This document shows, piece after piece, positions 42,257 to 52,639 of a DNA stretch of 64,000 nt. Made by a program: the position numbers and the translations under genes. Numbering within the stretch: the first letter of the stretch is position 1; every line of letters begins with the position of its first letter. Below the pieces are notes generated by a model. That model saw only the letters and a list, made by a program, of their open reading frames with translations, was not told the DNA's origin and made no database searches. The DNA comes from an uncultured Candidatus Rokubacteria bacterium. GTDB lineage: Bacteria > Methylomirabilota > Methylomirabilia > Rokubacteriales > CSP1-6. Location: contig CAVWWD010000006.1 of assembly GCA_963758635.1 (NCBI GenBank), forward strand, positions 288,001 through 352,000, in the 5' to 3' direction.

Positions 42257-43243
42257 CTACCCCAGGGGGCGCGGGGCCACGGCGCGGAGGGCGGCGAGGT
42301 ACTCGGCCTTGCCCGGCTCGTTGAAGACCAGCCGCACCTCCTGCACGCCGGCGTCGAAGTAGCGCTGGATCTGCGCGCGGCACGCCGCGGGCGGGCCGAT
42401 GACGGTCATGGCGTCCACCATCTCGTCGGTCACCAGGCGCGCCGCCTCGTCGCGCTGCTTGGCCTGGAACGCCTGGCGCACGCGGTCGGCCTCGGCCCCG
42501 AAGCCGATCCGGTGCATGTACTGGTGGTAGAAGACGCCCATGCCACCGATGTAGAACGCGATGTGCGGCCGCTCGCGGTCGCGCGCGCCGGGCACGTCGT
42601 CGGTCACGTAGATCGACACCTGCGGCGAGATCGCGACGTCCGTCAGCGAGCGCCCCGCCACCTCCGCGCCCGCGCGAAGCTCGGCCACCGCCGCGGCCAT
42701 CCGCGACGGGGCGAGGAAGATGGGCAGCCAGCCGTCGGCGAGCTCGCCGGTGAGCCGGAGGCTCGGCGGCGACAGCGCGGCGATGTAGATGGGCAGCGTC
42801 GGGCGGTACGGCGCCACGCGCAGCTTGAACCGCTTGGTGCGGAAGACCGGCCCGTCGTGGTCGAGGGCCTCGCCCCGCGCCGCCTTGCGCACGATATCGA
42901 TGTACTCGCGCATGCGCGTGAGCGGCTTGTCGAAGCGCTCCCCGTGGAGGTCCTGGACGACGAGCTGCCCGCTGGTGCCGAGGCCCAGGAAGAAGCGGCC
43001 CTCGGACATGCGGTCCAGGTTGAGCGCGGTCATCGCCACGTTGGCGGGTGAGCGGGCGAAGACGGGCACGATGCTGGTGCCGATGCGAATCTTCGACGTG
43101 ACGGCGGCGAGCTGGGCGAGCGAGGTGAACGCGTCCTCGCCCCAGGACTCGCCCATGGTGAGGCAGCTGTAGCCGAGCGACTCGGCGAGCACGGCGCTGT
43201 CACGGATCTCGCGCCAGCTCATGCCGGGGACGTGGAGGCCCAT
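42257..43243 (-). CDS. LLM-class flavin-dependent oxidoreductase
   Basis: GESWGEDAF, SEGRFFLGLGTSG, PIYIAAL and GELADGW. Confidence 0.9.
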   Translation of the reverse strand: MGLHVPGMSWREIRDSAVLAESLGYSCLTMGESWGEDAFTSLAQLAAVTSKIRIGTSIVPVFARSPANVAMTALNLDRMSEGRFFLGLGTSGQLVVQDLHGERFDKPLTRMREYIDIVRKAARGEALDHDGPVFRTKRFKLRVAPYRPTLPIYIAALSPPSLRLTGELADGWLPIFLAPSRMAAAVAELRAGAEVAGRSLTDVAISPQVSIYVTDDVPGARDRERPHIAFYIGGMGVFYHQYMHRIGFGAEADRVRQAFQAKQRDEAARLVTDEMVDAMTVIGPPAACRAQIQRYFDAGVQEVRLVFNEPGKAEYLAALRAVAPRPLG

Positions 43244-43295
43244 GATGCCGACGCTAGCGTGTGGTCATGCAGGCCGAGCTATCATAGTCGACCGG

Positions 43296-44405
43296 ATGAC
43301 GTTCGCCGCGTGCCGCTTCCCGGCACCCTCGACGAGATCACGCCCGAGTGGCTCACCGGCGCGCTCCGCGCACGCCGGCCACCTGTCCGGCGGGCGGGTC
43401 GGGGCCGTGCGCGCGCGCCCGGTCGGCGAAGGCAGCGGCTTCATCGGCGTCGTCGCGCGGCTCGAGATCGCCTACGACGGCGACCCCGGCGCGGCGCCCC
43501 GCACGTGCATCGTCAAGCTGCCCTCGGCCGATCCCGGCTCGCGGCAGGTCGGCCAGCTCTACGGCCTCTACGAGCGCGAGGTCCGCTTCTACGCCGACCT
43601 CGGGCGGGACGCCGGCATCGACACGCCCGGCTGCTACTTGACGGCCTACGACCCCGACGCCGGCGTGTCGCTCATCCTCCTCGAGGATCTTCGCGCTGGC
43701 GCGTTCGGCGACCAGATCGGCGGGTGCAGTCCGTCCCAGGCCCGGCTCGCCGTCGAGCGGCTCGCGCGCCTGCACGCGCGCTGGTGGCAATCGCCCCGGC
43801 TCGGCGACCTCCCGTGGCTCGGCCAGGGGCCGGACCTCGTCCGCGGGGCGATGGCGATGGCGTACGACGCGTGCTGGGAGCCCTGCCTGGCCCGCGCGGG
43901 CAGCCTCGCCCCGCCCTCGCTCGTGGCTGCCGGACCCACGCTCGGCCGGCGGATCCTCGCCGCGCTCGACGAGCTGCCCGACCGGCCGCTCACGCTGGTC
44001 CACGGCGACTACCGGCTCGACAACCTGTTCTTCGGCGCCGCGGCCGATCGCCCCCTCACGGTGTGCGACTGGCAGAGCCCGAACCAGGGCTGGGCGAGCT
44101 ACGACCTGACGTACTTCGTGACGACCTCGCTGCCCACGCCCGAGCGCCGCGCCCTCGAGGGCGAGCTTCAGCGCGCCTACCACCAGGAGCTTCTCGCCGG
44201 CGGAGCGCGGGGCTACTCGCTCGAGGATCTCGAGCTCGACTACCGGCGGAACCTGGCCACCATGCTGGGCATCTTCGTCATCAACGTGGCCATGCTGCCC
44301 GCGGTGAACGACCGGGCGGTGGCGATGTGGGAGGCGGTCATGGCGCGCGTCATCACGGCGGTCGAGGACCTCGACGCGCTGTCGACCCTGCCGGCCGCTC
44401 CGTGA
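43296..44405 (+). CDS. APH/ecdysteroid-kinase-like phosphotransferase; N-terminal indel
   Basis: ITPEWLT, CIVKL, YEREVRFY, HGDYRLDN and CDWQ. Confidence 0.88.
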   Translation: MTFAACRFPAPSTRSRPSGSPARSAHAGHLSGGRVGAVRARPVGEGSGFIGVVARLEIAYDGDPGAAPRTCIVKLPSADPGSRQVGQLYGLYEREVRFYADLGRDAGIDTPGCYLTAYDPDAGVSLILLEDLRAGAFGDQIGGCSPSQARLAVERLARLHARWWQSPRLGDLPWLGQGPDLVRGAMAMAYDACWEPCLARAGSLAPPSLVAAGPTLGRRILAALDELPDRPLTLVHGDYRLDNLFFGAAADRPLTVCDWQSPNQGWASYDLTYFVTTSLPTPERRALEGELQRAYHQELLAGGARGYSLEDLELDYRRNLATMLGIFVINVAMLPAVNDRAVAMWEAVMARVITAVEDLDALSTLPAAP

Positions 44406-44430
44406 CCGCGGCCGGCGGCGGGGGCGCGGC

Positions 44431-45666
44431 TCAGCCGAGCCGGTTCTTGTGGAAGCGGCCGCCCTTCATGATGGCGGCGAGGTGCGCGCCCTGGTCCTGG
44501 AAGAGCCCGAGGTCGCCGAGGGGGTTGCCGTCCACCACGAGCAGGTCGGCGGCGGCGCCCGGCGCGATCGTCCCCAGGCGCCCCTCCTGCCGCAGCACGC
44601 GCGCGGCCACGGTGGTGGCGGCCTGGATCACCTCGATGGGCTTCATGACCTCGCCGCGGATCAGGAACTCGCGGCTCTGCTCGTCCTGGAGCGCGCCGAG
44701 CAGATCGCTGCCGTAGGCCACGGGCACCCCGGCCCGCTTGCAGATCTCCAGCGAGCGGTAGCCGTGCTCGAGCACGAGATCGTTCTTGGCGAGCATCTCC
44801 GGCGTCATCCCGAACTGCGCGGCGCGCTCCTTCATCACGTAGTAGGTGACGAGGTTGGCGACCAGGAACGCGCCCTTCTCGGCCATGAGGCGCGCCGCGG
44901 GCTCGTCGATGAGGTTGCCGTGCTCGATCGTCCGCACCCCGGCGTGCATCGCGCGGGTGATGGCGTCCGGCGTGTAGGCGTGCGCGCACACGTAGCGGCC
45001 GAAGGCCCGCGCCTCCTCGACGGCGGCCCCCGCCTCGGCCGGGGTGTACTGGAGGCTGTCGAGCGGGTCGAAGGGCGACGCCACGCCGCCCGACATCATG
45101 ATCTTGATCTGGTCGGCGCCCTGTCGCATCTGCTCGCGCGTGGCCCGGCGGACCTCGTCGGGCCCGTCGGCCAGCTCGAGCGTGAAGGCCATGGCGTTGC
45201 AGCAGCGGCACGGCGCGTCGCCGTCGGTGCGCCGGCGCGGGTCGCTGTGGCCGCCCGTCGGCCCGATGGCGCGGCCGGAGATGAAGAGCCGCGGCCCGGG
45301 CAGGAGGCCCTGCTCCACCGCCGCCTTGATCCCCCAGTCCGCGCCGCCGGTGTCGCGGACGGTCGTGAAGCCGCGGTCGATCATGCCGCGCATGAGCACG
45401 GCGGCGCGCGCGGTCATCAGCGTGAGGGGCACGTTCTCGAGGTTCCGGATGTTCACCTCGCTCAGGTACACGTGCACGTGGCAGTCGATGAGCCCGGGCA
45501 TCAGCGTGCGCCCACCGCCGTCGATCACCGTCGCCCCCGCCACGGGGAGCGGACGGCTCGAGACCTCACGGATGGTGTCGTCCTCGACGAGGACCTCGTG
45601 GCCGCCGAGGAGCCGGTCGTGGCCGGGGTCGAGGAGCTGCACGTTCCTGAACACGTAGCGGGTCAT
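44431..45666 (-). CDS. Metal-dependent amidohydrolase (prolidase/imidazolonepropionase-like)
   Basis: MPGLIDCHVH, GFTTVRD, IKIM, CAHA, IEHG and GSD. Confidence 0.92.
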   Translation of the reverse strand: MTRYVFRNVQLLDPGHDRLLGGHEVLVEDDTIREVSSRPLPVAGATVIDGGGRTLMPGLIDCHVHVYLSEVNIRNLENVPLTLMTARAAVLMRGMIDRGFTTVRDTGGADWGIKAAVEQGLLPGPRLFISGRAIGPTGGHSDPRRRTDGDAPCRCCNAMAFTLELADGPDEVRRATREQMRQGADQIKIMMSGGVASPFDPLDSLQYTPAEAGAAVEEARAFGRYVCAHAYTPDAITRAMHAGVRTIEHGNLIDEPAARLMAEKGAFLVANLVTYYVMKERAAQFGMTPEMLAKNDLVLEHGYRSLEICKRAGVPVAYGSDLLGALQDEQSREFLIRGEVMKPIEVIQAATTVAARVLRQEGRLGTIAPGAAADLLVVDGNPLGDLGLFQDQGAHLAAIMKGGRFHKNRLG

Positions 45667-45689
45667 CGCGGCCTCCTTGGGGCGTTCCG

Positions 45690-46883
45690 TCAGATCACGC
45701 CGTCGGCAGCGAGGCCGTCGATCGCGGCGTCGTCGTAGCCCAGCTCGCGCAGGACCTCGCGCCGATGCTGCCCGAGGAGCGGCGCCGGGGTGATCCGGGT
45801 CGGCGAGGCCGAGAGCTTGATGGGGTTGCCGACGGTCGTGAAGCGCCCGCGCACCGGATGCTCCACCTCGACGATCATGTCACGGGCGCGGAGATGCGGG
45901 TCCTCGAGCACCTCGCCGGTGTCGAGCACGGCGCCGCAGGGCACGCCAGCGCCGCCCAGGGCCTTCATGGCGTCGTGCTTGGTGCGCTGCAGGGTCCACG
46001 CCTCCACGAGCGCGTCGACCTCGGCCTTCCGCTGCGAACGCGCCTCGGCCACCTCGTAGCGCGGGTCGCCGATGAGGTCCTCGCGGCCCATGGCGCGGAG
46101 CAGCGGGTGCCACATCTGCTGCTGGGCGAACACGAACACGTAGTCGTTCGGCCCGCCGGGATGGCAGCGGTAGATCGTGCCCGGCACGCCGGCGCCGAGC
46201 TGGTTGCCGGTGCGGCCCATGGGCCGGCCGAAGCGCTGGTGATCCCGCAGGCTCACGCGGATCAGGTTCACCACCGCGTCCTGCATCGACACCTCGACCT
46301 GCTGGCCCACGCCGGTGGCGTGACGCTGCATCAGCGCGGCGAGGATGCCGATCACGCAGTGCATGCCCGTGCCGGAGTCCCCGATGGACGGCCACACGTA
46401 GGTGGGCGGGCCGTCGGCGAAGCCGGTGACGCTCATCGCCCCGCCCATGGCCTGGGCGATCGGCTCGTAGCTCTTGTAGTCGCTGTACGGGCCGTAGGAG
46501 CCGAACCCCTTGATCGACGCGTAGACCAGGCGCGGGTTGAGCTCGCGGAGCGCCGGGTACGCGAAGCCGAGGCGCTCGAGCACGCCGGGGCCGAAGTTCT
46601 CGAGGAGCACGTCGGCGGTCGCGAGGAGCGCGCGGAAGACCTCCTTGCCGCGCGGGTGCTTCAGGTCCAGGGTGAGGCTCCGCTTGTTCGAGTTGAACGT
46701 GAGGTAGAAGAGGCTGTCCTCGTTCGGCCGGTCGCGGAGCACGGTGCGGGCCGCGTCGCCCTTGCCCGGCTCCTCGACCTTGACCACCTCGGCGCCGAGC
46801 CACGCGAGCATCTGCCCGCACGACGGCCCCGCCTGGTTGTTGGTGACGTCGACGACCTTGATGCCGGCGAGCGCGCCGCTCAT
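45690..46883 (-). CDS. Family III CoA-transferase, formyl-CoA transferase-like
   Basis: QAGP, FNSNKRS, LLENFGPG, catalytic IGDSGTGMH and CHPGGPNDYV. Confidence 0.9.
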   Translation of the reverse strand: MSGALAGIKVVDVTNNQAGPSCGQMLAWLGAEVVKVEEPGKGDAARTVLRDRPNEDSLFYLTFNSNKRSLTLDLKHPRGKEVFRALLATADVLLENFGPGVLERLGFAYPALRELNPRLVYASIKGFGSYGPYSDYKSYEPIAQAMGGAMSVTGFADGPPTYVWPSIGDSGTGMHCVIGILAALMQRHATGVGQQVEVSMQDAVVNLIRVSLRDHQRFGRPMGRTGNQLGAGVPGTIYRCHPGGPNDYVFVFAQQQMWHPLLRAMGREDLIGDPRYEVAEARSQRKAEVDALVEAWTLQRTKHDAMKALGGAGVPCGAVLDTGEVLEDPHLRARDMIVEVEHPVRGRFTTVGNPIKLSASPTRITPAPLLGQHRREVLRELGYDDAAIDGLAADGVI

Positions 46884-47809
46884 CGGACGAGCGCTCCCGG
46901 CGCGACGCCGCCCGCGGCGAGGGCGTCCTTGACGAAGGCGGGGTCGAAGACGCGGTCGGCCATCACCTGGCAGCGTTTCATCAGTCGATGCTCCTCCGGC
47001 CGGTAGTCGGCGACGGCGTTGTGCAGCGTGCCGATGTGGTCCCACATGAGCACGTCGCCGACGGTCCAGCGGTGCGTGTACAGGTACTTCGGCTGGAGCT
47101 GGTGCGCGAACAGCTCGTCGAGGACGCGCTCGCTCTCCGCCTCGGGCAGCTCGTTGATGCGGATCGCGTAGCCGGGGTTGCAGTAGAGCACCGTCTCGCC
47201 GCTGATCGGATGCGTGAGGAACACCGGGTGCACGGACGGCGGCCGGCGCCGGCGCTGCTCCTCCGTCATCGGCGCGCGGTAGCTGCCCGGGCGCGTGCGC
47301 ATCTTCTCCCAGAACTTGTTGAAGTCGTGCGTGGCGGTGGCGCCGGAGAGCCGCGCCTTGAGCGCGGGTGAGAGATCCGCGTAGGCGGCGCGCGTGTTGG
47401 CGAACAGGGTGGCGCCCAGCACTTGCCCGTCCCGCTCGGGCACCATCACGGCGTAGAGCACGTTCAGGAAGCCGATGGTGGGGTTGTAGGACATGTCGGT
47501 GTGCCAGTCCTGGCCCGCGTCGGTGATGCCGATCGGCTCGCCGTTCTCGATCACGTTCGACAGGATGCCCACCTCGGCCAGCCCCGGCTCGTGATGGCGC
47601 CCGGTGAGCGTGGCCTGGATGCGTCCGAAGCGCCGCGAGAAGTCGCGCAGCTCCACCGCCTCCAGGCGCTGCGCCGGGAAGTGCAGCACGCCGTGCTCGC
47701 CGAGGGCGAGGAGGATCGTCGCGAAGTCCCGGTCGCCGAGCGGCCGCGACAGGTCGATGCCCCTGACGCGCGCCCCCAGGATCTGTCCGGTCGGTTCGAT
47801 CGTCACCAT
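46880..47809 (-). CDS. TauD/TfdA Fe(II)/2-oxoglutarate dioxygenase
   Basis: WHTD, HPVFLTHP and WDHIGTLHNA..R.MKR. ATGA-coupled to the CoA-transferase. Confidence 0.92.
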   Translation of the reverse strand: MVTIEPTGQILGARVRGIDLSRPLGDRDFATILLALGEHGVLHFPAQRLEAVELRDFSRRFGRIQATLTGRHHEPGLAEVGILSNVIENGEPIGITDAGQDWHTDMSYNPTIGFLNVLYAVMVPERDGQVLGATLFANTRAAYADLSPALKARLSGATATHDFNKFWEKMRTRPGSYRAPMTEEQRRRRPPSVHPVFLTHPISGETVLYCNPGYAIRINELPEAESERVLDELFAHQLQPKYLYTHRWTVGDVLMWDHIGTLHNAVADYRPEEHRLMKRCQVMADRVFDPAFVKDALAAGGVAPGALVR

Positions 47810-47948
47810 GTGGGCCTCCTGGCTCCTCTTCGAAGGAATGCAGATTTCGACTCCAGCGAGCGCCCCAACACCGTGACTCTGCGAACACGCGGCGTGCTGT
47901 CTCGCCATTCCTTCACGATCCCTGAAGGGATGATGCCACGGCTCGCGG

Positions 47949-48500
47949 TCACTCGACCATGTGCTGTCCGGCCACGTCGAAGCCGCCGACGGCCCGCCGC
48001 AGCACGACGAACGCGCCCATCGGCACGCCCAGGCCCGTGAGGTCGCTGACCACGCTGCCGTGCGTGACGAGCACGAGCGGAGGTCCGGTCTTGTGGGCGT
48101 CGAGCGTCGCGCGGATCTCGGCGAGCTGACGGGTGCGGAGGGCCGGGTCGCGAAGCGAGCCGCCGAGCGGGGCCCACGCCTCCGCGCGGCCGAAGGCCAG
48201 GCGCGCGGTGTCGATGCAGCGGCAGCGCGGGCTCGACAGCACCCGGCCCACCGCGATGCCCTGGCGACGGAACGCGTCGCCGACCCGCCGGGCCTGCGCC
48301 TGGCCGTTCGCGTCGAGGTTGCGCTGGGTCGTGCAGTCGTCGAGCCGGGCGTCCGGGGGATCGAACGTGCCGGGCGCGTAGCTGTGCCGCAGCACAACCA
48401 CGCTGCCCGGCGCGCGCAGCGCCTCCCAGACCGAGTCGCTCGCCGCCGCGGGGATCGGGATCAGAAAGGCTGATACGAAAACCATCCACACTCGAATCAT
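47949..48500 (-). CDS. Exported histidine phosphatase family protein
   Basis: Signal peptide, VVLRHS, QRNL, SSPRCRC.DTA and LVTH. Confidence 0.85.
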   Translation of the reverse strand: MIRVWMVFVSAFLIPIPAAASDSVWEALRAPGSVVVLRHSYAPGTFDPPDARLDDCTTQRNLDANGQAQARRVGDAFRRQGIAVGRVLSSPRCRCIDTARLAFGRAEAWAPLGGSLRDPALRTRQLAEIRATLDAHKTGPPLVLVTHGSVVSDLTGLGVPMGAFVVLRRAVGGFDVAGQHMVE

Positions 48501-48589
48501 CGGCGTGACGACCACAATCGGTGGTCGATGCTGGCGGCCGTGCGTATGGTGGCCGACAGTCGTGGCTTGCTTGGCTTCCGCCAACTCGG

Positions 48590-51500
48590 TCATGGTCGCG
48601 CTGTCGGTCGCGCCCGCACGCCCTCCAGCAGCCTTTCGGTCTGAACCTTCGCTGGCTGGGCGCCGATCTCCTCGAACGTCATCAGTGCCCGCCGCAGCCT
48701 GGTCTCGTCGCCCATGCGCCTTCCCGATTCCTGCAGCGTAAGGCCGACTTGATATCGCGCGCCAAGACGTTCGCCGCCGCGAAGGCTCTCCGCCCACCAA
48801 CTCTCGGCTGCATTTTGCTGTCCGAGAAGCCACTCCAGTGTGCCTCGCTGTCGGAAAGCGCCCACGCGACCATCGGGGAAGCGCTGCCCGTGCTCGACGG
48901 CCTGCGCGCACGCCAGTCGCGCACGTTTGCCCTCGGCCTCCCGTCGTGGGGCCGCCGAGGCCTCGAACGTGATCAACGCCCACTGCGCTGCGCCGAGGAC
49001 CAGTGGCGTCAGCCACGACCCGTGCACACTGTGCGCGTCTGCAAGTCGGCGTCCCTCGTCCAGCGCATCACGTGCCTGCTCCATCTCACCACGCTCCACA
49101 TGACTCTGACCGAGAAGGCCGGCGGCGAACACCAACGAGTAGAAGTCGGGTACTTGCCGAAGCATGCGCCGAGCCTGCTTCAGATGATCGACCACTTCGT
49201 CCGTTGGGCCTTCGCTGCACATCGCCACCATCCCGAGGTCCGCCAAACCCCACCCGAGAATCTGCTTCTCCCCGGCGTCCCGGCCGGTCGCTATCAGTTC
49301 GTGGATGAGCTTCAGACTCTGACTAAACTCTCCACGCATGAACAGAACGAGATCCGTCGTCAGAGTCGCCTGCGCCCAACCCTTCAGGTGACCTAACACC
49401 TTGAAAGCGTCAGCGGCACGGTCGAGCAGTCCGAGAGCTTCATCCCAATTGCCCCGGTAGTGGCCATGAGTTCCCGCAGCGAGGTATGCGTACCCTAGCG
49501 CCAACGGGTGGTCCGACGCCGTCGCCAGCTTCATCGCCCGCCGATTGAGACTCCCCGCGATGCGATACAGTGCGAGCTGATCGCAGAGGCATCCGATACC
49601 CGCCAGCGCCTGGGACGTCGTGCCCGTGAGCCCCCCAGACGCGCTGGCCTGTAAGTGATACACCGCCGCGAGCAGGGTACGAGGCTGGTTCGAATAGAAA
49701 TGGATCCAACCCATCATCTCGTAGATGCGGCAAAGCTCTCCGGCAGTTTCGGCATCCCGCCTGGAGGTTGTCGGGTTTAGCCGCCTCCAAAGCCACTGCG
49801 CTGCTCCTTGTGCGGCGGCTTTGACGATGGCGAGCGTCACCGCGCTTCGGCCAGCAGGAAGGCGCCCCGCCCCGAGGTTCTCAAGGGCCCGTTGGAGATA
49901 CCCCTCGGCCTGCTCATGATCGCCGCGACGAAACAGCGCCTCTCCCATCCGCCCCTCGAGGAGCGCGCGTTCGCGGGGTGCCCATGTCTGGTCGGATGCG
50001 CGTTCGTAGGCATCGAACGCTCGTCGGTAGTAGCCGAGCGCCTCGGAATCGCCGGCGAGACGCCCAGCCTGATCCCCGGCCAAAATGAGATACTCCTTCG
50101 CCTTGGACCACACCTCGGCGCGGGTGAAGTGGTACGCAAGCAACCCGTAGAATTCCTCAAGCCGCTCCGAGAAGAGCGTTTCTATGCTGTCGCCGACTGC
50201 CTTGTGCAGCCGCCGTCGCTGCTCGAGAAGCAGCGACTCATAAGCGACCTCCTGAACAAGAGCGTGTCGAAATAGATACTCTACTTCGAAGAGCCGCTCG
50301 TCCCGGCGCAGGAGCTCGGCGTCGACGAGTCGCGCAAGCTGGCGGTCCAGGTCCTGCCGCGCCTGAGTCACCTCGCGCGCAACCCGATAGAGGAACCGCC
50401 GGCCGATCACCGCCGCGGTCTTCAGAACCTCCTTGGCCTCCTCGTCGAGGCGATCCACGCGCGCCATCACCAGGCCCTGGAGATTGTCTGGGATGCTGAT
50501 ACTTTCAACGGCGCGCGTCACGACGAACTGGCCGGTCCTGGCGTGTCGGACCAGCACTCCGGTCTCGATGAGGGTGGCCACCACCTCCTCGACGAAGAAG
50601 GGGTTCCCCTCCGCCTTCTGCTGTAGCGCGTCGAGCAGCTTCGCCGGCACCTCCGCGCCATCCACGAGGCTGCTCACGAGCTGGACGGTATGCTCGTCCG
50701 TCAGCGGAGCCAGGGGGATCTCGCAGAACCGATCCGCGTGCCGCTCTCGGGCCAGCGCCACGAGCCGGGACGGGGGCCCCCCCGGATCGGGTCGACTCGT
50801 GATGCAGACCAGGATGGAATGGGTGGCGACGAGCGGGAACAGGTGCTCGATCAACTCAGTGGAGGATTGATCGGCCCACTGCAGATCCTCCACCAACAGC
50901 AACAGCGGGCGCTCCTCCGAGAGCTTCTGGAACAGCCTCCGAAGGCTAAGGAACACCTGCTGTCCCATCGCCTCGGCGTCCAGAAAGCGCACCTTCGCCT
51001 GGAAGGGCTCGGGGACTTCCAGTGCCAGAAACGTGGCGAGGTACGGCAGTACTCCTCCGGCCTCGTCACCAAAGAGGCTCCCCACCCGCCGCTGCAGCTT
51101 CACCCATGCTTCGTGCGGGCTGTCGTGCTCGGCGATCTGCGCTGACGCCTTGACCATCTCGATGAATGGCCAGTGGCTGATCTGCTGTCCGTACGACAGG
51201 GCCCGGCCCTCGAGCACTCGGACCTCGACGCGAGAAAGATGGGCCAGCCCCTCGATGACCAAGCGCGACTTGCCGACACCGGCGTCGCCCGTCACGAACA
51301 AGATCCCGCCATGGCCGGCTTGCAGCCTCATCATGGCCATGACCGTCGCGCCCATCTCACGCTCCCGCCCTACCAGCGGAGCCATTCGGCGCGGAAGCCT
51401 TGCTTCCAACGGCCGCTGCCGAACCGCCACATACGTCCGCACCGGACGCGAAAGACCCCTCACACGCTTGGGGCCGAGCGGTTCACACTCCACCGCGGCG

Positions 51501-52117
51501 GAGGCGAGCCGATGCGTCTCCTCGGTGAGGTAAATGGTTCCCGGCTCGGCGATCTGCTCCATGCGCGCGGCAAGATGGGTCGTCTCCCCTACCACGGTAT
51601 ACTCCTGATGTACGTCGCTATCCATCGCTCTCGTCACGACTTCGCCCGTGTTCAAACCGACGCGTATCTGTACCTCGATATCGAGCCGTGCTTTGAGCTC
51701 TGCCGCATAACGTTTGATGGAGTCTTGCATGCGGAGAGCTGACAGGCATCCTCGGGCCGCGTGGTCCTCGAGAGCGAGTGGCGCTCCGAACAACGCCATG
51801 ATGCCGTCACCCATCACCTGATTCACTGTGCCGCCGAAGTGCCGCACCGCCTCGATCATCCGTTCGAGCACTGGATCGAGGAGCAAACGTGCGTGCTCAG
51901 GATCACGGCCGGCAAGTTGCTCGAAGGAGCCCTTGATGTCCGCGAACAGTACTGTCACCTGTTTTCGCTCGCCTTCGAGAGCGGTCTTGCCCAGATGGAT
52001 CTTTGCAACACTTGGATTGGGCGGCGAGCCCGTAGAGCGGTCGCCCAAACCCCGTCCGCAGTTTGGGCAAAAGTTGACGGTTTCCTGCACATCCTTCGCA
52101 CACCTCGGGCAGCGCAT
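48590..52117 (-). CDS. Class III nucleotide cyclase with zinc ribbon, STAND/AAA ATPase and TPR domains
   Basis: CPRC..CPNC, LFADIKGS, MGDG, LAARME, Walker A GDAGVGKS, EDLQWAD, GNPFF and a helical TPR C-terminus. Lower GC than the flanks. Confidence 0.93.
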   Translation of the reverse strand: MRCPRCAKDVQETVNFCPNCGRGLGDRSTGSPPNPSVAKIHLGKTALEGERKQVTVLFADIKGSFEQLAGRDPEHARLLLDPVLERMIEAVRHFGGTVNQVMGDGIMALFGAPLALEDHAARGCLSALRMQDSIKRYAAELKARLDIEVQIRVGLNTGEVVTRAMDSDVHQEYTVVGETTHLAARMEQIAEPGTIYLTEETHRLASAAVECEPLGPKRVRGLSRPVRTYVAVRQRPLEARLPRRMAPLVGREREMGATVMAMMRLQAGHGGILFVTGDAGVGKSRLVIEGLAHLSRVEVRVLEGRALSYGQQISHWPFIEMVKASAQIAEHDSPHEAWVKLQRRVGSLFGDEAGGVLPYLATFLALEVPEPFQAKVRFLDAEAMGQQVFLSLRRLFQKLSEERPLLLLVEDLQWADQSSTELIEHLFPLVATHSILVCITSRPDPGGPPSRLVALARERHADRFCEIPLAPLTDEHTVQLVSSLVDGAEVPAKLLDALQQKAEGNPFFVEEVVATLIETGVLVRHARTGQFVVTRAVESISIPDNLQGLVMARVDRLDEEAKEVLKTAAVIGRRFLYRVAREVTQARQDLDRQLARLVDAELLRRDERLFEVEYLFRHALVQEVAYESLLLEQRRRLHKAVGDSIETLFSERLEEFYGLLAYHFTRAEVWSKAKEYLILAGDQAGRLAGDSEALGYYRRAFDAYERASDQTWAPRERALLEGRMGEALFRRGDHEQAEGYLQRALENLGAGRLPAGRSAVTLAIVKAAAQGAAQWLWRRLNPTTSRRDAETAGELCRIYEMMGWIHFYSNQPRTLLAAVYHLQASASGGLTGTTSQALAGIGCLCDQLALYRIAGSLNRRAMKLATASDHPLALGYAYLAAGTHGHYRGNWDEALGLLDRAADAFKVLGHLKGWAQATLTTDLVLFMRGEFSQSLKLIHELIATGRDAGEKQILGWGLADLGMVAMCSEGPTDEVVDHLKQARRMLRQVPDFYSLVFAAGLLGQSHVERGEMEQARDALDEGRRLADAHSVHGSWLTPLVLGAAQWALITFEASAAPRREAEGKRARLACAQAVEHGQRFPDGRVGAFRQRGTLEWLLGQQNAAESWWAESLRGGERLGARYQVGLTLQESGRRMGDETRLRRALMTFEEIGAQPAKVQTERLLEGVRARPTARP

Positions 52118-52439
52118 GCTCTCCCCAAGCAGGCCGCGAGCCGCTAGCCGCTAGCACGACTGAAGGACGGCGGCCCGACAATTGCGGGGATGATAGCAGT
52201 CCACCGTTTAGTCGGCCTCGGTTTCTATCCGATCAAGACCGGCACTGCGTACTCAGCGTCCGAGGCCGAGCGGGTTCGGGCGTACGCCTGTCACGCCGGT
52301 GCCCGGAGGCCACGACCGGAAGGTTCGCTCAGTCGCGCGCCGAGGCGCGTGGCTGCACGGCCAGGCGAGCTCGGTCGCCCGAAGGTCGTTCGCCTCGGGC
52401 AGCGCCAGGCCGGGTCGCGATGCGTGCCGACACGAGGGT

Positions 52440-52626
52440 CGAAGATGAGCGCGTGCACCAGGCCCATCGGGTCGAGCGGCCGCGCCGCCGGTGTGGTGAG
52501 CGCGTCCGGGAAGAGCAGGCAGAGGACGCCGCCGTAGGCGAGGCCGGCCAGCATCACCGAGAGGACGCCGCTGATCCAGCCGGAGCCGAAGGCCCGGCCC
52601 CTGCCGGCGCCGAGCCGCGTGCTCAC
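52440..52626 (-). pseudogene. Truncated 5' fragment resembling sterol desaturase/fatty acid hydroxylase N-termini
   Basis: FGSGWISGVLSV..GGVLCLLFPDALTTP, then loss of coding character and no His boxes. Family assignment is from recall. Confidence 0.5.
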
Positions 52627-52639
52627 GCGGGCGTGCTCC

